Source: Escherichia coli | Lineage (GTDB): Bacteria > Pseudomonadota > Gammaproteobacteria > Enterobacterales > Enterobacteriaceae | Direction: 5' to 3' (one strand) | NCBI RefSeq assembly: GCF_965641715.1 | Contig: NZ_OZ282453.1 | DNA: 64,000 nt | Shown here: piece after piece, positions 13,926 to 28,726 of the stretch | Position numbering within the stretch: the first letter of the stretch is position 1 | Layout of the letters: each line of letters begins with the position of its first letter | Translations under genes and position numbers: made by a program | Notes under the pieces: model-generated | Seen by the model: the letters and a program-made list of their open reading frames with translations, nothing else | What the model was told of the DNA's origin: nothing | Database searches by the model: none

Positions 13926-14940
13926 TTTAAAATTCGACGAATTAACGATATTTGTCTGATTAATAATCAGACCGGATTAATGTTGGTGTATTTATTACAC
14001 CAGCATTAATTTTCCTGGGGATGTATCTTCCTGTTCATTTAAGGTCAACTGCCTGACGTTTCTCTCCGAATATTCCATTATATTAATGTTGACTTGTTGA
14101 CCAGCTTCGCCCCTGTATGCTGGCATCAACCCTCTTTTAGACTGAACACGCCACTCAGTTTCCTCCCTTTGCGACGCAGCCTGCATTTACACTCAAACTG
14201 TTAAGATGATAAATGTGGTAAATCTGTTGGTACTGACATAAAAACGTTTACGCCACAGGAACGGCCTGATCCACCGGTAACCCCGTCGCCGACGTTCGAG
14301 TGCCAGTTAGAGTAACGCGCACAGATGACTGAATGCAGTGCCCTGGCAAAGAGGCCATCGTTCCGGTGACAACTGGCAGTCTTCGTTTAACTTCACTTAA
14401 TCTGGCTCTTAGGGGGCTTACCGGACAGATGACGTACTTACACCTGTTTAATTTTTCATCACTTATTGGGATGAACACCCATAACCATTTTGTGCGGCAT
14501 GTTAACCCATTAAAACACCTTACTGATTGGCAAATCATCTTTAATTATGACTCATGATAGTTTTATATTCTATTTCTTATCATTTAGACTTGTTTTTTTA
14601 CTAGTCCATTACACAACACATTAAGACTATTCCTAACATCTCAGGGCAAAGTTCCTGGCTAATATAAAATGCAAGTAAGAATTGAACGTTATATTGCCAA
14701 TAACCTTATGAAACTGAATGTCTTTTTCTTCTTATCAAAAAAGCAATATTTTCATTTTTTGTAAATATTGACTTAACCATGGAATTCATTTTCTGTTCAC
14801 ATATTGACACTCATCAGGAAAAAAACATAAATTTAAACCTAATCGAAATAATTAAAACTTAATCTCGTTTAACCTATATTGATATGTGCTACGTATCTTA
14901 TTTACTTCCGATTTACTAAAGAAACTGAATGTACCTGTAA

Positions 14941-15552
<612 letters not shown>

Positions 15553-15626
15553 ACTCCAGGCAAGTTAGTTTTAAAAAATGACTCACTGGGACATCACGTC
15601 CTCAATTCAACTCGGGAAGAAATACA

Positions 15627-16214
15627 ATGAAAAAAAAGGTTCTGGCAATAGCTCTGGTAACGGTGTTTACCGGCATGGGTGTGGCGCAGGCTGCTGATGT
15701 AACAGCTCAGGCTGTAGCGACCTGGTCGGCAACAGCCAAAAAAGACACCACCAGTAAGCTGGTTGTGACGCCACTCGGTAGCCTGGCGTTCCAGTATGCC
15801 GAAGGCATTAAAGGTTTTAACTCACAGAAAGGTCTATTTGACGTGGCTATCGAAGGTGACTCAACGGCTACCGCCTTTAAACTGACCTCACGTCTTATCA
15901 CCAACACATTAACCCAGTTGGATACCTCAGGTTCCACACTGAATGTGGGCGTGGATTATAACGGCGCGGCAGTCGAAAAAACTGGCGATACCGTGATGAT
16001 CGATACCGCCAACGGCGTACTGGGCGGCAACCTTAGCCCGCTGGCAAACGGTTACAATGCCAGCAATCGTACCACCGCACAGGATGGTTTCACTTTCTCC
16101 ATCATCAGCGGCACCACCAATGGTACCACCGCAGTAACCGATTACAGCACTCTACCGGAAGGCATCTGGAGCGGCGACGTTAGCGTACAGTTCGACGCGA
16201 CCTGGACCAGTTAA
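15627..16214 (+). CDS. ecpA: E. coli common pilus major subunit
   Basis: 195 aa with signal peptide; operon context. Confidence 0.85.
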   Translation: MKKKVLAIALVTVFTGMGVAQAADVTAQAVATWSATAKKDTTSKLVVTPLGSLAFQYAEGIKGFNSQKGLFDVAIEGDSTATAFKLTSRLITNTLTQLDTSGSTLNVGVDYNGAAVEKTGDTVMIDTANGVLGGNLSPLANGYNASNRTTAQDGFTFSIISGTTNGTTAVTDYSTLPEGIWSGDVSVQFDATWTS

Positions 16215-16271
16215 TCTCTCTGATGTACCAGCAGGGGTAGCCCCCCTGCTTTATTCCTGGACGGAATTGTT

Positions 16272-16940
16272 ATGAAAAAGCACCTTCTGCTTCTCGCTCT
16301 GCTGTTATCCGGAATATCTCCGGCCCAGGCGCTGGATGTCGGCGATATATCATCGTTTATGAACAGTGACAGCAGCACGCTGAGCAAAACGATCAAAAAC
16401 AGTACCGACAGTGGTCGCCTTATCAATATCCGTCTCGAACGGCTCTCTTCACCGCTTGACGACGGGCAGGTTATCTCAATGGACAAGCCGGACGAGTTGC
16501 TACTCACTCCCGCCAGCTTGCTGCTACCCGCCCAAGCCAGCGAAGTGATCCGCTTCTTCTATAAGGGACCAGCAGATGAAAAAGAGCGCTACTACCGCAT
16601 TGTCTGGTTTGATCAGGCCCTCAGTGATGCGCAGCGCGATAATGCCAACCGCAGCGCTGTGGCCACTGCTTCCGCCCGCATCGGCACCATTCTGGTCGTC
16701 GCCCCCCGCCAGGCAAACTACCACTTTCAGTACGCCAACGGCACCCTGACAAATACAGGAAATGCGACGCTGCGGATCCTCGCCTACGGCCCCTGCCTGA
16801 AAGCCGCCAATGGTAAAGAGTGTAAAGAGAATTACTACCTGATGCCGGGCAAGTCGCGTCGTTTTACCCGCGTGGACACTGCGGATAACAAAGGACGGGT
16901 TGCACTTTGGCAGGGTGATAAGTTCATTCCCGTGAAATAG
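16272..16940 (+). CDS. ecpB: Pilus periplasmic chaperone
   Basis: 222 aa with signal peptide; operon position. Confidence 0.85.
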   Translation: MKKHLLLLALLLSGISPAQALDVGDISSFMNSDSSTLSKTIKNSTDSGRLINIRLERLSSPLDDGQVISMDKPDELLLTPASLLLPAQASEVIRFFYKGPADEKERYYRIVWFDQALSDAQRDNANRSAVATASARIGTILVVAPRQANYHFQYANGTLTNTGNATLRILAYGPCLKAANGKECKENYYLMPGKSRRFTRVDTADNKGRVALWQGDKFIPVK

Positions 16941-16965
16941 ATAGCTGTGCAGATGGATAACGACA

Positions 16966-19491
16966 ATGCCTTTACGACGGTTCTCCCCAGGACTGAAAGC
17001 CCAGTTTGCCTTCGGCATGGTCTTTTTGTTCGTTCAGCCCGATGCCAGCGCTGCTGACATAAGTGCGCAGCAAATAGGTGGGGTGATTATTCCGCAGGCC
17101 TTCAGTCAGGCGCTCCAGGACGGCATGAGCGTCCCGCTTTACATTCATCTCGCCGGTAGCCAGGGTCGCCAGGACGATCAGCGAATCGGCAGCGCTTTTA
17201 TCTGGCTGGATGATGGACAGCTACGCATCCGGAAAATACAGCTGGAAGAGAGTGAAGATAACGCCAGTGTCAGCGAACAAACTCGACAGCAGCTGATGGC
17301 TCTGGCGAACGCCCCGTTCAATGAGGCCCTTACCATCCCCCTGACTGACAACGCGCAGTTGGATCTCAGCTTGCGCCAACTGCTGCTGCAGCTGGTGGTC
17401 AAGCGCGAAGCGCTGGGCACCGTACTACGCTCACGTAGCGAAGACATCGGGCAGTCCAGTGTTAACACCCTCAGCAGCAATCTGAGCTATAACTTGGGCG
17501 TCTATAACAACCAGTTGCGTAACGGCGGGAGCAACACATCCAGCTATCTGTCGCTGAATAACGTTACTGCGCTGCGCGAACATCATGTGGTGCTCGACGG
17601 CTCGCTGTACGGGATCGGTAGCGGTCAACAGGACAGTGAATTATATAAAGCGATGTATGAACGCGATTTTGCCGGTCACCGATTTGCCGGTGGAATGCTC
17701 GACACCTGGAACTTGCAGTCCTTAGGGCCGATGACCGCCATTTCAGCAGGGAAGATTTACGGCCTTTCCTGGGGAAACCAGGCCAGCTCCACCATCTTCG
17801 ACAGCAGCCAGTCAGCCACGCCAGTGATCGCCTTTTTACCGGCGGCGGGCGAAGTACATCTCACCCGTGATGGGCGGTTACTAAGCGTTCAGAACTTCAC
17901 CATGGGCAATCATGAAGTGGATACCCGGGGTCTACCGTACGGTATTTACGATGTGGAAGTTGAGGTGATCGTTAACGGTCGCGTGATCAGCAAACGCACT
18001 CAACGGGTCAATAAGCTGTTTAGCCGGGGGCGCGGCGTCGGTGCACCACTGGCGTGGCAGATATGGGGCGGTAGCTTTCATATGGATCGCTGGTCGGAAA
18101 ACGGGAAAAAGACGCGACCAGCTAAAGAGAGTTGGCTGGCAGGTGCCTCGACCTCCGGCTCACTGAGTACGCTTAGCTGGGCGGCAACGGGATATGGATA
18201 CGATAATCAGGCGGTGGGTGAAACCCGTCTGACGCTGCCGCTTGGGGGAGCGATCAACGTTAACCTGCAAAATATGCTGGCCAGTGACAGCTCATGGAGC
18301 AACATCGCCAGCATCAGCGCCACTCTACCGGGAGGCTTTAGTTCGCTGTGGGTTAACCAGGAAAAAACCCGCATTGGCAATCAATTGCGACGTAGCGATG
18401 CCGACAACCGTGCAATCGGCGGCACACTCAACCTGAACTCACTGTGGTCGAAGCTGGGCACATTCAGCATCAGCTACAATGATGACCGCCGTTACAACAG
18501 CCATTATTACACGGCAGATTACTATCAAAATGTCTACAGCGGTCCCTTTGGTTCGCTTGGCCTGCGGGCCGGTATTCAGCGCTATAACAACGGCGACAGC
18601 AACGCCAATACAGGGAAATATATCGCTCTCGATCTCTCGCTACCACTGGGCAACTGGTTTAGCGCAGGGATGACTCATCAAAACGGCTACACCATGGCAA
18701 ACCTGTCAGCACGCAAGCAGTTTGATGAAGGGACCATTCGCACTGTTGGTGCCAATCTGTCACGAGCCATCTCCGGCGATACCGGTGATGACAAAACTCT
18801 CAGTGGTGGGGCGTATGCACAGTTCGACGCTCGCTACGCCAGCGGAACGCTGAACGTCAATAGCGCGGCGGACGGCTACGTCAATACCAATTTAACCGCC
18901 AATGGCAGCGTCGGCTGGCAGGGTAAAAACATTGCTGCCAGCGGGCGGACTGATGGCAACGCTGGGGTGATATTCAACACCGGGCTGGAGGACGACGGTC
19001 AGATCAGCGCCAAAATCAACGGGCGGATTTTCCCGCTTAACGGCAAGCGTAACTATCTCCCGCTCTCTCCCTATGGAAGATATGAGGTGGAGTTACAGAA
19101 CAGCAAAAACTCACTCGACAGTTACGATATCGTCAGCGGTCGCAAAAGTCATCTGACTCTCTATCCAGGCAATGTCGCTGTCATTGAGCCAGAGGTGAAG
19201 CAGATGGTTACCGTCTCCGGTCGTATCCGTGCGGAAGACGGCACACTGCTGGCTAACGCACGGATTAACAACCATATCGGCCGAACCCGAACCGATGAAA
19301 ACGGCGAGTTTGTCATGGATGTGGACAAGAAATACCCCACTATCGATTTTCGCTACAGTGGCAATAAAACCTGCGAAGTGGCACTGGAACTCAACCAGGC
19401 GCGCGGTGCCGTCTGGGTCGGTGATGTGGTCTGCAGCGGCCTCTCATCGTGGGCGGCGGTGACGCAGACAGGAGAAGAGAATGAGAGTTAA
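16966..19491 (+). CDS. ecpC: Pilus outer-membrane usher
   Basis: 841 aa; signal peptide; beta-rich; operon position. Confidence 0.85.
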   Translation: MPLRRFSPGLKAQFAFGMVFLFVQPDASAADISAQQIGGVIIPQAFSQALQDGMSVPLYIHLAGSQGRQDDQRIGSAFIWLDDGQLRIRKIQLEESEDNASVSEQTRQQLMALANAPFNEALTIPLTDNAQLDLSLRQLLLQLVVKREALGTVLRSRSEDIGQSSVNTLSSNLSYNLGVYNNQLRNGGSNTSSYLSLNNVTALREHHVVLDGSLYGIGSGQQDSELYKAMYERDFAGHRFAGGMLDTWNLQSLGPMTAISAGKIYGLSWGNQASSTIFDSSQSATPVIAFLPAAGEVHLTRDGRLLSVQNFTMGNHEVDTRGLPYGIYDVEVEVIVNGRVISKRTQRVNKLFSRGRGVGAPLAWQIWGGSFHMDRWSENGKKTRPAKESWLAGASTSGSLSTLSWAATGYGYDNQAVGETRLTLPLGGAINVNLQNMLASDSSWSNIASISATLPGGFSSLWVNQEKTRIGNQLRRSDADNRAIGGTLNLNSLWSKLGTFSISYNDDRRYNSHYYTADYYQNVYSGPFGSLGLRAGIQRYNNGDSNANTGKYIALDLSLPLGNWFSAGMTHQNGYTMANLSARKQFDEGTIRTVGANLSRAISGDTGDDKTLSGGAYAQFDARYASGTLNVNSAADGYVNTNLTANGSVGWQGKNIAASGRTDGNAGVIFNTGLEDDGQISAKINGRIFPLNGKRNYLPLSPYGRYEVELQNSKNSLDSYDIVSGRKSHLTLYPGNVAVIEPEVKQMVTVSGRIRAEDGTLLANARINNHIGRTRTDENGEFVMDVDKKYPTIDFRYSGNKTCEVALELNQARGAVWVGDVVCSGLSSWAAVTQTGEENES

Positions 19492-21124
19492 CCTACTGAT
19501 AGCGATGATAATCTTTGCGCTAATCTGGCCTGCAACCGCGCTCAGAGCTGCAGTGAGCAAAACAACCTGGGCGGATGCACCGGCACGCGAGTTTGTGTTT
19601 GTCGAAAACAACTCAGACGACAACTTTTTCGTCACTCCTGGCGGGGCGCTGGATCCGCGCCTGACCGGTGCCAACCGCTGGACCGGTTTAAAATACAATG
19701 GTTCAGGAACCATCTATCAGCAAAGCCTCGGCTATATTGATAACGGTTACAACACCGGCCTTTATACCAACTGGAAGTTTGATATGTGGCTGGAAAATTC
19801 ACCAGTTTCATCTCCTTTAACTGGCTTGCGCTGCATCAACTGGTACGCTGGGTGTAATATGACCACCAGTCTTATCCTGCCGCAAACCACCGACGCCAGT
19901 GGATTTTATGGCGCGACGGTGACCAGCGGCGGCGCGAAGTGGATGCACGGCATGTTGTCAGACGCGTTTTACCAGTATCTGCAACAAATGCCCGTCGGCA
20001 GCAGCTTTACAATGACCATCAATGCCTGCCAGACCTCTGTGAACTATGACGCCAGCAGCGGCGCACGCTGTAAGGATCAGGCCTCCGGCAACTGGTATGT
20101 TCGCAACGTCACCCATACGAAAGCAGCAAATCTACGGTTGATAAATACCCACTCGCTGGCGGAAGTATTTATCAACAGCGACGGAGTACCGACTCTGGGC
20201 GAAGGGAACGCCGACTGCCGGACGCAAACCATCGGCAGCCGTTCAGGATTAAGTTGTAAGATGGTTAACTATACCCTGCAAACAAACGGACTCAGCAACA
20301 CCTCAATCCATATATTCCCGGCGATCGCCAACTCGTCGTTAGCCTCGGCCGTCGGGGCGTACGATATGCAGTTCAGTCTGAATGGCAGTTCATGGAAACC
20401 GGTGAGCAATACTGCCTATTACTACACCTTCAACGAGATGAAGAGCGCAGACTCGATCTATGTTTTCTTCTCGAGCAACTTCTTTAAGCAGATGGTGAAC
20501 CTCGGGATCAGCGATATCAACACCAAAGATCTATTCAACTTTCGCTTTCAGAACACCACATCACCGGAGTCTGGCTGGTATGAATTTTCTACCTCCAACA
20601 CGCTGATTATCAAACCCCGTGATTTCAGCATCAGTATTATCTCCGATGAATATACTCAGACACCGTCGCGGGAGGGATATGTTGGCAGCGGCGAGTCGGC
20701 ACTCGATTTCGGCTATATCGTAACCACCAGCGGTAAAACAGCTGCCGACGAAGTGCTGATCAAGGTGACCGGACCCGCGCAGGTGATTGGCGGGCGCTCC
20801 TATTGTGTCTTCAGCTCCGATGACGGTAAGGCGAAAGTACCGTTCCCGGCGACGCTTTCCTTTATTACCCGCAACGGAGCTACAAAAACCTACGATGCCG
20901 GGTGCGATGATAGCTGGCGGGATATGACCGATGCGCTGTGGCTGACCACACCGTGGACTGATATCTCTGGCGAAGTGGGGCAGATGGATAAGACCACAGT
21001 CAAATTTTCGATTCCAATGGATAACGCCATTTCGCTGCGTACGGTAGATGATAACGGCTGGTTTGGCGAAGTCAGCGCTTCAGGAGAAATTCATGTTCAG
21101 GCGACGTGGCGTAACATTAACTAA
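19481..21124 (+). CDS. ecpD: Pilus tip adhesin/polymerised subunit
   Basis: 547 aa; start overlaps the ecpC stop; signal peptide. Confidence 0.8.
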   Translation: MRVNLLIAMIIFALIWPATALRAAVSKTTWADAPAREFVFVENNSDDNFFVTPGGALDPRLTGANRWTGLKYNGSGTIYQQSLGYIDNGYNTGLYTNWKFDMWLENSPVSSPLTGLRCINWYAGCNMTTSLILPQTTDASGFYGATVTSGGAKWMHGMLSDAFYQYLQQMPVGSSFTMTINACQTSVNYDASSGARCKDQASGNWYVRNVTHTKAANLRLINTHSLAEVFINSDGVPTLGEGNADCRTQTIGSRSGLSCKMVNYTLQTNGLSNTSIHIFPAIANSSLASAVGAYDMQFSLNGSSWKPVSNTAYYYTFNEMKSADSIYVFFSSNFFKQMVNLGISDINTKDLFNFRFQNTTSPESGWYEFSTSNTLIIKPRDFSISIISDEYTQTPSREGYVGSGESALDFGYIVTTSGKTAADEVLIKVTGPAQVIGGRSYCVFSSDDGKAKVPFPATLSFITRNGATKTYDAGCDDSWRDMTDALWLTTPWTDISGEVGQMDKTTVKFSIPMDNAISLRTVDDNGWFGEVSASGEIHVQATWRNIN

Positions 21125-21803
21125 GGCCCTGCTGACAGCGGTCTGTATGCTGGCGGCACCTTTGACACAGGCGATTTCGGTCGGCAATCTGACATTTTCG
21201 CTGCCGTCCGAGACTGACTTTGTCAGCAAACGTGTAGTGAATAACAACAAAAGCGCACGGATATACCGTATTGCCATCAGTGCTATTGATAGCCCGGGCA
21301 GCAGTGAATTGCGCACCCGACCGGTGGATGGTGAACTGCTTTTCGCCCCCCGCCAGCTGGCGTTGCAGGCTGGTGAGAGCGAGTATTTTAAATTTTACTA
21401 TCATGGTCCACAGGATAACCGCGAGCGCTACTACCGGGTCTCATTTCGCGAGGTCCCCACTCGTAACCAGACAAGACGCAGCCCAACCGGCGGCGAGGTC
21501 AGCACGGAGCCGGTGGTGGTGATGGATACCATTCTGGTAGTACGACCACGTCAGGTTCAGTTTAAATGGTCCTTCGACAAGGTGACAGGAACGGTAAGTA
21601 ACACTGGCAACACATGGTTTAAGCTACTGATTAAGCCAGGATGTGATTCGACCGAAGAGGAAGGCGATGCCTGGTATCTACGTCCGGGAGACGTGGTTCA
21701 TCAGCCTGAGTTACGTCAGCCGGGGAATCATTATCTGGTCTATAACGACAAATTCATTAAGATTAGCGATTCCTGTCCGGCTAAGCCCCCTTCGGTGGAC
21801 TAA
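21093..21803 (+). CDS. ecpE: Pilus chaperone (second)
   Basis: Start placed at the internal Met ([14 protein letters not shown]..., signal peptide), giving 236 aa; the ORF track starts at 21048. Confidence 0.75.
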   Translation: MFRRRGVTLTKALLTAVCMLAAPLTQAISVGNLTFSLPSETDFVSKRVVNNNKSARIYRIAISAIDSPGSSELRTRPVDGELLFAPRQLALQAGESEYFKFYYHGPQDNRERYYRVSFREVPTRNQTRRSPTGGEVSTEPVVVMDTILVVRPRQVQFKWSFDKVTGTVSNTGNTWFKLLIKPGCDSTEEEGDAWYLRPGDVVHQPELRQPGNHYLVYNDKFIKISDSCPAKPPSVD

Positions 21804-22115
21804 GACTTATCCATCGGTCGAGGGAAGAATTCCACCTCAGAGACTCAAAAATCGTTTAAATGATGTGGAAGCGATCGTCAATATCACCTGTAACGATGGG
21901 CTTTCCCATATGCACACCATAGTGTTCAGGAGACACGGAAAGGTACCAGGCAGCCTGCTAACGAGTGGTTTATTCACGAATTAGTACGTAAAATCGGTAA
22001 CGGCTGGAAATCATTCAATACTCACACTATCGAAAGTACACCAGCCAACCGCGGTACGTTCTTACATACGATGTACCGCTGTTCTCTTTACGATTTATAG
22101 CTGTACTGGTGAATT

Positions 22116-22445
22116 ATGAGCAATCTGAATCCATGCATGACGTGTGGTGCCTGTTGTGCATTTTTCCGCGTCTCTTTTTACTGGGCCGAAGCCGACGATG
22201 CTGGCGGCACTATTCCCGCCAGGCTCACTGAACAAATATCCCCTTTTCACCGATGCATGAGCGGTACCAATCAGAAAAACCCCCGATGTATTGCCCTTGC
22301 AGGAACCCCGGGCAAAAATGCCTGCTGCACGATATATAAAAATCGATCGTCCACATGCAGAGAATTCGCCATGTCTGGTGAGAACGGAGTCGTCAATGAG
22401 GCTTGCAATCGTGCAAGGGCTAAATACGGGCTGACACCGTTATAA
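22116..22445 (+). CDS. ykgJ: Cys-rich putative zinc/iron-binding protein (YkgJ family)
   Basis: 109 aa; CxxCxxCC cluster at the N-terminus and further Cys pairs. Confidence 0.7.
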
Positions 22446-22646
22446 ACATAAATTAATTGCACTGCCCCGCCAGCGATAATAGCGGGGCTTCGTTTTTCAG
22501 GGGTAACAAAACCCGAAACTTCTTCTATTTGCCAGCAACAATGCCTCTCTTCTGTAGCGTTCTTCGGATCTACATCATCCTAAAGTAGCGCGATATACTC
22601 ACTGACTATCTGAATCAGAATATAAAAAGCAATGTTTTTAACCTAT

Positions 22647-22675
22647 AAAAATGGCGCTGTATTTGCGCCATTTTT
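22647..22675. terminator. Bidirectional intrinsic terminator hairpin (aaaaatggcgc / gcgccattttt)
   Basis: Perfect inverted repeat flanked by an A-run and a T-run, between convergent ykgJ and yagU. Confidence 0.45.
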
Positions 22676-22688
22676 ATCATTCAATGCA

Positions 22689-23303
22689 TTATCTGTTTGA
22701 GCCTAAGGGGATCTCAGGGTCTGGCTCATGAGTAATTCTGTTTCGTAAATCTCTGCGAATAATTTCAATGGACCAGAACCAGACTAAATGTCCAAAAATT
22801 TCAGAAACATTCTCATACCACGGGAGATCAAACAGAGGTGGTGTCAGTCCCATGAGAGGGAATGAAATCATATGAACAAAAAGTTGGGCTAAAGCACCTG
22901 CCAGTAAGCCCTGCCAGAGTTTAATTTTTGGAAATACTTCAGCGACCACACAATAACCGACAGCAAACACTATCGAAAAGATAATGTGCGTAACACCAAC
23001 CCAGTTAAAGACATGCCCGGCAAAGGTATAAACAGCCGCATTGGGATCTGTCAGCCCCAGCCAGTCTCGAAGAAAAATATACGGAGGATTGAGAAAATTA
23101 CGCGAGCAATCAATTTGCCCAGCAGCCCTGATTAATGATTCCGGGCCACACGCTGCATTAAACATATCCACCGGGCTACGTGGCGGCAATGGAACTTCAG
23201 CCCCCCACTTCACAAATGCGGAAACAACGCCAGCAATCAGCCCAATGAATGCAGCAAGACCATAACGTCTGCGGTTCGGTGGAGTTTGTTCAAATATATT
23301 CAT
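22689..23303 (-). CDS. yagU: Inner-membrane protein, DUF1440 family
   Basis: 204 aa with several hydrophobic helices; position between ykgJ and paoA. Confidence 0.75.
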
Positions 23304-23742
23304 ATCTACCCTGCTTGTACCATTATGTTATACACCTCTTTAGGAGTATTCATAAAACAAGGTAAATGTAAAGAACTGTATTGTTTTGTATAACAAGATG
23401 GTTGTCTAATCGCCAAAGAATAGTTGTCTAATCGCCAAAGAATATAAGCACCATCATTTCTCCCTATTTTTATATTAGAAGTGACATAGATTTGCAGGGT
23501 GATGCAGAGCTGACAATCACAGGTTTCCTTATCGGTTTTTGCATCGTACAACTAAAGCAATAAACCAGCTCCCATCATCATCAACATCCCGGCGAACATG
23601 AATTTATTAGCCGGGCTCATAGCTGCATTCGCGTTTTAAGAATAATCCTCCTGCTGTCGCCGACTATGCTTAACGTTTAAAAAAGCATCAGCACTCTCGC
23701 AACGCACTCTTATTTTCCCCTTTAGAATACCGGAGGCCTGGT

Positions 23743-24432
23743 ATGAGCAACCAAGGCGAATACCCCGAAGATAATCGGGTTGGGAAGCACGAGCCGCACG
23801 ATTTTAGTTTGACCCGTCGCGATCTGATTAAAGTGAGCGCCGCAACGGCGGCGACCGCCGTGGTTTATCCTCATTCTACGCTTGCGGCAAGCGTTCCGGC
23901 AGCTACACCCGCGCCTGAGATAATGCCCCTGACACTTAAGGTGAACGGCAAAACCGAGCAGCTTGAAGTGGATACCCGAACCACGCTACTGGACGCTTTG
24001 CGTGAAAATCTGCATTTGATCGGTACCAAGAAAGGTTGCGATCACGGACAGTGCGGAGCCTGTACCGTGCTGGTCAATGGTCGCAGGCTTAATGCCTGCC
24101 TGACGCTGGCAGTCATGCATCAGGGGGCCGAGATCACCACCATTGAAGGACTGGGTTCACCAGATAATCTTCACCCCATGCAGGCGGCCTTTATCAAGCA
24201 TGATGGCTTCCAGTGCGGCTACTGCACCTCCGGGCAAATTTGCTCATCAGTAGCGGTGCTAAAAGAGATTCAGGACGGCATTCCCAGTCACGTCACGGTC
24301 GATTTGGTTTCCCCTCCAGAAAGAACTGCCGATGAGATCCGTGAACGTATGAGCGGCAACATCTGTCGCTGTGGTGCATACGCTAACATCCTTGCCGCCA
24401 TTGAAGACGCTGCGGGGGAGATAAAATCATGA
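23743..24432 (+). CDS. paoA: Periplasmic aldehyde oxidoreductase, 2Fe-2S subunit (Tat-exported)
   Basis: Twin-arginine motif ([17 protein letters not shown]); two 2Fe-2S Cys clusters. Confidence 0.85.
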   Translation: MSNQGEYPEDNRVGKHEPHDFSLTRRDLIKVSAATAATAVVYPHSTLAASVPAATPAPEIMPLTLKVNGKTEQLEVDTRTTLLDALRENLHLIGTKKGCDHGQCGACTVLVNGRRLNACLTLAVMHQGAEITTIEGLGSPDNLHPMQAAFIKHDGFQCGYCTSGQICSSVAVLKEIQDGIPSHVTVDLVSPPERTADEIRERMSGNICRCGAYANILAAIEDAAGEIKS

Positions 24433-25385
24433 AGGCGTTTACCTATGAACGAGTGAACACCCCCGCCGAGGCGGCACTTAGCGCTCAGCGCGTACCCGGC
24501 GCAAAATTTATCGCGGGCGGGACCAATCTGCTGGACCTGATGAAGCTGGAAATTGAAACGCCCACCCACCTTATCGATGTGAACGGCCTCGGGCTCGATA
24601 AGATCGAAGTGACCGACGCGGGTGGGCTGCGCATCGGCGCACTGGTACGGAACACCGACCTGGCGGCTCACGAGCGCGTGCGTCGTGATTACGCGGTACT
24701 CTCCCGCGCCCTGCTCGCTGGCGCGTCTGGTCAGTTACGTAATCAGGCAACCACCGCAGGTAATCTGCTCCAGCGCACGCGCTGCCCCTATTTTTACGAC
24801 ACCAATCAGCCCTGCAATAAGCGCCTGCCCGGGAGCGGCTGCGCGGCGCTTGAAGGCTTTAGCCGTCAGCACGCGGTGGTAGGCGTAAGCGAAGCCTGCA
24901 TTGCCACCCATCCGAGCGATATGGCGGTCGCAATGCGGTTGCTGGATGCGGTGGTGGAAACCATCACGCCGGAGGGAAAGACTCGCAGTATCACACTGGC
25001 TGATTTTTATCACCCACCGGGGAAAACGCCGCACATTGAAACCGCCCTGCTTCCCGGTGAGCTTATCGTTGCGGTGACGTTACCTCCGCCGCTCGGCGGA
25101 AAACATATCTACCGTAAAGTGCGCGATCGCGCCTCCTACGCCTTTGCCCTGGTATCGGTCGCGGCGATTATTCAGCCTGACGGCAGCGGGCGCGTCGCGC
25201 TGGGCGGAGTAGCACATAAGCCCTGGCGCATTGAGGCTGCGGATGCTCAGCTATCCCAGGGGGCGCAGGCCGTATATGACGCGCTGTTCGCCAGCGCCCA
25301 TCCCACCGCTGAAAACACCTTTAAACTCCTGTTGGCGAAGCGAACGCTTGCCTCCGTACTGGCTGAAGCGAGGGCACAAGCATGA
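24429..25385 (+). CDS. paoB: Aldehyde oxidoreductase FAD-binding subunit
   Basis: 318 aa; CO-dehydrogenase flavoprotein-like; translationally coupled to paoA and paoC. Confidence 0.85.
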   Translation: MKAFTYERVNTPAEAALSAQRVPGAKFIAGGTNLLDLMKLEIETPTHLIDVNGLGLDKIEVTDAGGLRIGALVRNTDLAAHERVRRDYAVLSRALLAGASGQLRNQATTAGNLLQRTRCPYFYDTNQPCNKRLPGSGCAALEGFSRQHAVVGVSEACIATHPSDMAVAMRLLDAVVETITPEGKTRSITLADFYHPPGKTPHIETALLPGELIVAVTLPPPLGGKHIYRKVRDRASYAFALVSVAAIIQPDGSGRVALGGVAHKPWRIEAADAQLSQGAQAVYDALFASAHPTAENTFKLLLAKRTLASVLAEARAQA

Positions 25386-27580
25386 AATTTGATAAACCCG
25401 CAGGGGAAAACCCGATCGATCAGCTGAAGGTTGTCGGTCGTCCCTATGACCGCATCGACGGACCGCTGAAAACTACCGGCACGGCACGCTACGCCTACGA
25501 ATGGTTTGAAGAAGCTCCCAACGCCGCCTATGGCTATATCGTCGGTTCCGCCATTGCCAAAGGACGCCTCACCGCCCTTGATACGGACGCCGCGCAAAAA
25601 GCGCCGGGCGTACTGGCTGTCATTACCGCCAGTAACGCCGGGGCACTCGGCAAAGGCGACAAAAACACCGCCAGGCTGTTAGGCGGTCCCACTATTGAGC
25701 ACTATCATCAGGCCATTGCGCTGGTAGTGGCCGAGACCTTCGAACAGGCGCGAGCGGCGGCCTCGCTGGTGCAGGCGCACTATCGCCGTAATAAAGGAGC
25801 TTACTCCCTGGCGGACGAAAAACAGGCCGTCAGTCAGCCGCCGGAAGACACGCCCGACAAAAACGTCGGTGACTTTGACGGGGCTTTCTCCTCCGCTGCG
25901 GTGAAGATTGATGCTACCTACACGACCCCGGACCAGAGCCATATGGCGATGGAGCCGCATGCCTCGATGGCCGTCTGGGATGGAAATAAGCTTACTCTCT
26001 GGACCTCAAATCAGATGATTGACTGGTGCCGCACCGATCTGGCAAAAACGCTGAAAGTGCCCGTGGAGAATGTGCGTATTATCTCCCCGTATATCGGCGG
26101 AGGGTTTGGCGGCAAGCTGTTCCTGAGAAGCGATGCGCTGCTGGCGGCCCTCGCCGCCCGAGCGGTGAAACGTCCGGTTAAAGTGATGCTCCCCCGCCCC
26201 TCTATTCCCAATAACACCACGCACCGCCCCGCCACCCTTCAGCACTTGCGTATCGGTGCCGACCAGAGCGGGAAAATCACCGCTATCTCACATGAAAGCT
26301 GGTCTGGAAACCTGCCCGGCGGCACGCCGGAAACGGCGGTACAGCAAAGCGAATTACTCTACGCCGGGGCAAACCGTCATACCGGCCTGCGGCTCGCCAC
26401 GCTTGATTTGCCGGAAGGGAACGCCATGCGTGCGCCCGGCGAAGCCCCCGGTCTGATGGCGCTCGAAATCGCGATCGACGAACTGGCGGAAAAAGCGGGC
26501 ATCGATCCCGTCGAGTTTCGCATCCTGAATGACACTCAGGTTGACCCCGCCGACCCGACGCGCCGCTTCTCTCGCCGTCAGCTTATCGAGTGCTTGCGCA
26601 CCGGAGCGGATAAATTTGGTTGGAAGCAGCGCAACGCCACACCCGGACAGGTGCGCGACGGGGAGTGGCTAGTCGGCCACGGCGTCGCGGCGGGCTTTCG
26701 CAATAATCTGCTGGAAAAATCGGGGGCTCGGGTTCACCTCGAACAAAACGGCACCGTTACCGTGGAAACGGACATGACCGACATTGGCACCGGCAGCTAC
26801 ACCATTCTGGCCCAGACGGCAGCGGAAATGCTTGGCGTACCGCTGGAGCAGGTTGCGGTTCACCTCGGCGATTCCAGTTTCCCGGTTTCTGCGGGTTCTG
26901 GTGGACAATGGGGCGCGAATACCTCCACCTCCGGCGTTTACGCCGCCTGTGTGAAGCTTCGCGAAATGATTGCCTCGGCAGTCGGGTTTGATCCTGAGCA
27001 GTCGCAGTTTGCCGACGGCAAGATTACCAACGGTACCCGAAGCGCCACGCTAAATGAGGCCACCGCAGGCGGCAGACTGACAGCGGAAGAGAGTATTGAA
27101 TTCGGAACACTGAGCAAGGAGTACCAGCAGTCGACCTTTGCCGGGCATTTTGTGGAGGTCGGCGTGCATAGCGCGACGGGAGAAGTTCGGGTCCGGCGTA
27201 TGCTCGCTGTGTGTGCTGCAGGACGCATCCTGAATCCGAAAACTGCACGCAGCCAGGTCATTGGCGCAATGACTATGGGCATGGGCGCGGCACTGATGGA
27301 GGAGCTGGCGGTGGATGACCGTTTGGGCTACTTCGTTAATCACGATATGGCGGGGTATGAGGTGCCGGTCCATGCGGATATCCCAAAACAGGAAGTGATT
27401 TTCCTGGATGATACCGACCCCATATCCTCCCCGATGAAGGCCAAAGGTGTCGGTGAGCTGGGCCTGTGCGGCGTGAGCGCGGCTATCGCCAACGCGGTGT
27501 ATAACGCCACCGGTATTCGGGTACGCGATTATCCCATCACTCTGGATAAGCTGCTCGATAAGCTGCCGGATGTGGTTTAA
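25382..27580 (+). CDS. paoC: Aldehyde oxidoreductase molybdopterin-binding subunit
   Basis: 732 aa; xanthine-dehydrogenase-family large subunit. Confidence 0.85.
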   Translation: MKFDKPAGENPIDQLKVVGRPYDRIDGPLKTTGTARYAYEWFEEAPNAAYGYIVGSAIAKGRLTALDTDAAQKAPGVLAVITASNAGALGKGDKNTARLLGGPTIEHYHQAIALVVAETFEQARAAASLVQAHYRRNKGAYSLADEKQAVSQPPEDTPDKNVGDFDGAFSSAAVKIDATYTTPDQSHMAMEPHASMAVWDGNKLTLWTSNQMIDWCRTDLAKTLKVPVENVRIISPYIGGGFGGKLFLRSDALLAALAARAVKRPVKVMLPRPSIPNNTTHRPATLQHLRIGADQSGKITAISHESWSGNLPGGTPETAVQQSELLYAGANRHTGLRLATLDLPEGNAMRAPGEAPGLMALEIAIDELAEKAGIDPVEFRILNDTQVDPADPTRRFSRRQLIECLRTGADKFGWKQRNATPGQVRDGEWLVGHGVAAGFRNNLLEKSGARVHLEQNGTVTVETDMTDIGTGSYTILAQTAAEMLGVPLEQVAVHLGDSSFPVSAGSGGQWGANTSTSGVYAACVKLREMIASAVGFDPEQSQFADGKITNGTRSATLNEATAGGRLTAEESIEFGTLSKEYQQSTFAGHFVEVGVHSATGEVRVRRMLAVCAAGRILNPKTARSQVIGAMTMGMGAALMEELAVDDRLGYFVNHDMAGYEVPVHADIPKQEVIFLDDTDPISSPMKAKGVGELGLCGVSAAIANAVYNATGIRVRDYPITLDKLLDKLPDVV

Positions 27581-27589
27581 GGAGGAACA

Positions 27590-28546
27590 ATGTCATACCC
27601 GCTTTTTGATAAAGACGAACACTGGCATAAGCCAGAGCAGGCGTTTCTCACCGATGACCACCGGACCATTCTGCGCTTCGCCGTAGAGGCGCTAATGTCC
27701 GGTAAAGGAGCGGTGCTGGTGACGCTGGTGGAGATACACGGCGGCGCGGCGCGCCCGCTCGGGGCGCAGATGGTGGTGCGCGAAGATGGTCGTTACTGCG
27801 GTTTTGTCTCTGGCGGCTGCGTGGAGGCCGCTGCCGCTTTTGAAGCGCTGGAGATGATGGGCTCAGGCCGCGATCGCGAAATTCGCTATGGTGAAGGTTC
27901 GCCGTGGTTTGACATCGTTCTGCCCTGCGGCGGTGGGATCACGCTGACGCTCCATAAACTACGCACGGCACAGCCTCTGCTCGCCGTGCTGAACCGCCTG
28001 GAACAGAGAAAACCGGCGGGTCTGCGCTACGATCCGCAAGCACAATCGCTGGTGTGCCTGCCCACGCAAACCCGGACGGGCTGGAATCTCAATGGCTTTG
28101 AGGTGGGGTTCAGGCCATGCGTCAGGCTGATGATTTACGGACGTTCTCTTGAGGCGCAGGCGACCGCGAGTCTTGCAGCAGCCACAGGCTATGACAGCCA
28201 TATCTTCGATCTTTTTCCGGCCTCAGCCAGCGCTCAGATCGATACCGATACGGCGGTCATTTTGCTGTGCCATGATCTCAACCGGGAGCTGCCAGTGTTG
28301 CAGGCCGCGCGAGAAGCAAAACCCTTTTATCTCGGCGCATTGGGCAGCTATCGAACCCACACGTTACGTCTGCAAAAGCTCCACGAGCTGGGATGGTCCA
28401 GGGAGGAGACAGCGCAAATCCGGGCGCCCGTCGGGATATTCCCCAAAGCCCGGGATGCGCATACTCTGGCACTCTCCGTGCTGGCAGAAGTCGCCTCTGT
28501 ACGTCTCCATCAGGAGGAGGATTCATGCCTGCCCCCGTCGTCCTGA
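27590..28546 (+). CDS. paoD: Molybdenum cofactor insertion chaperone (XdhC family)
   Basis: 318 aa; operon position after paoC. Confidence 0.8.
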   Translation: MSYPLFDKDEHWHKPEQAFLTDDHRTILRFAVEALMSGKGAVLVTLVEIHGGAARPLGAQMVVREDGRYCGFVSGGCVEAAAAFEALEMMGSGRDREIRYGEGSPWFDIVLPCGGGITLTLHKLRTAQPLLAVLNRLEQRKPAGLRYDPQAQSLVCLPTQTRTGWNLNGFEVGFRPCVRLMIYGRSLEAQATASLAAATGYDSHIFDLFPASASAQIDTDTAVILLCHDLNRELPVLQAAREAKPFYLGALGSYRTHTLRLQKLHELGWSREETAQIRAPVGIFPKARDAHTLALSVLAEVASVRLHQEEDSCLPPSS

Positions 28547-28657
28547 TCCTTGCGGCCGGGCGTGGAGAGCGCTTTCTCGCCTCTGGGGGAAATACCCATA
28601 AATTAAGAGAAAAAATCTGCAGTAGCCGTTTTAGAAAATCACCTAAATCGTTTAAAA

Positions 28658-28683
28658 GAGCGCCCAACCCATAGTGGGCGCTC
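28658..28683. terminator. Hairpin (gagcgccca / tgggcgctc) between convergent paoD and the MFS transporter gene
   Basis: 9-bp inverted repeat with an 8-nt loop, read directly. Confidence 0.35.
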
Positions 28684-28726
28684 ATCGCCTTGGGTAACTT
28701 ATTCAGCAACGCGCGCCCTCGCCGGA

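Noticed and set aside
16524-17018. 164-aa minus-strand ORF spanning the ecpB/ecpC junction
   Set aside because: Antisense to two well-supported pilus genes.
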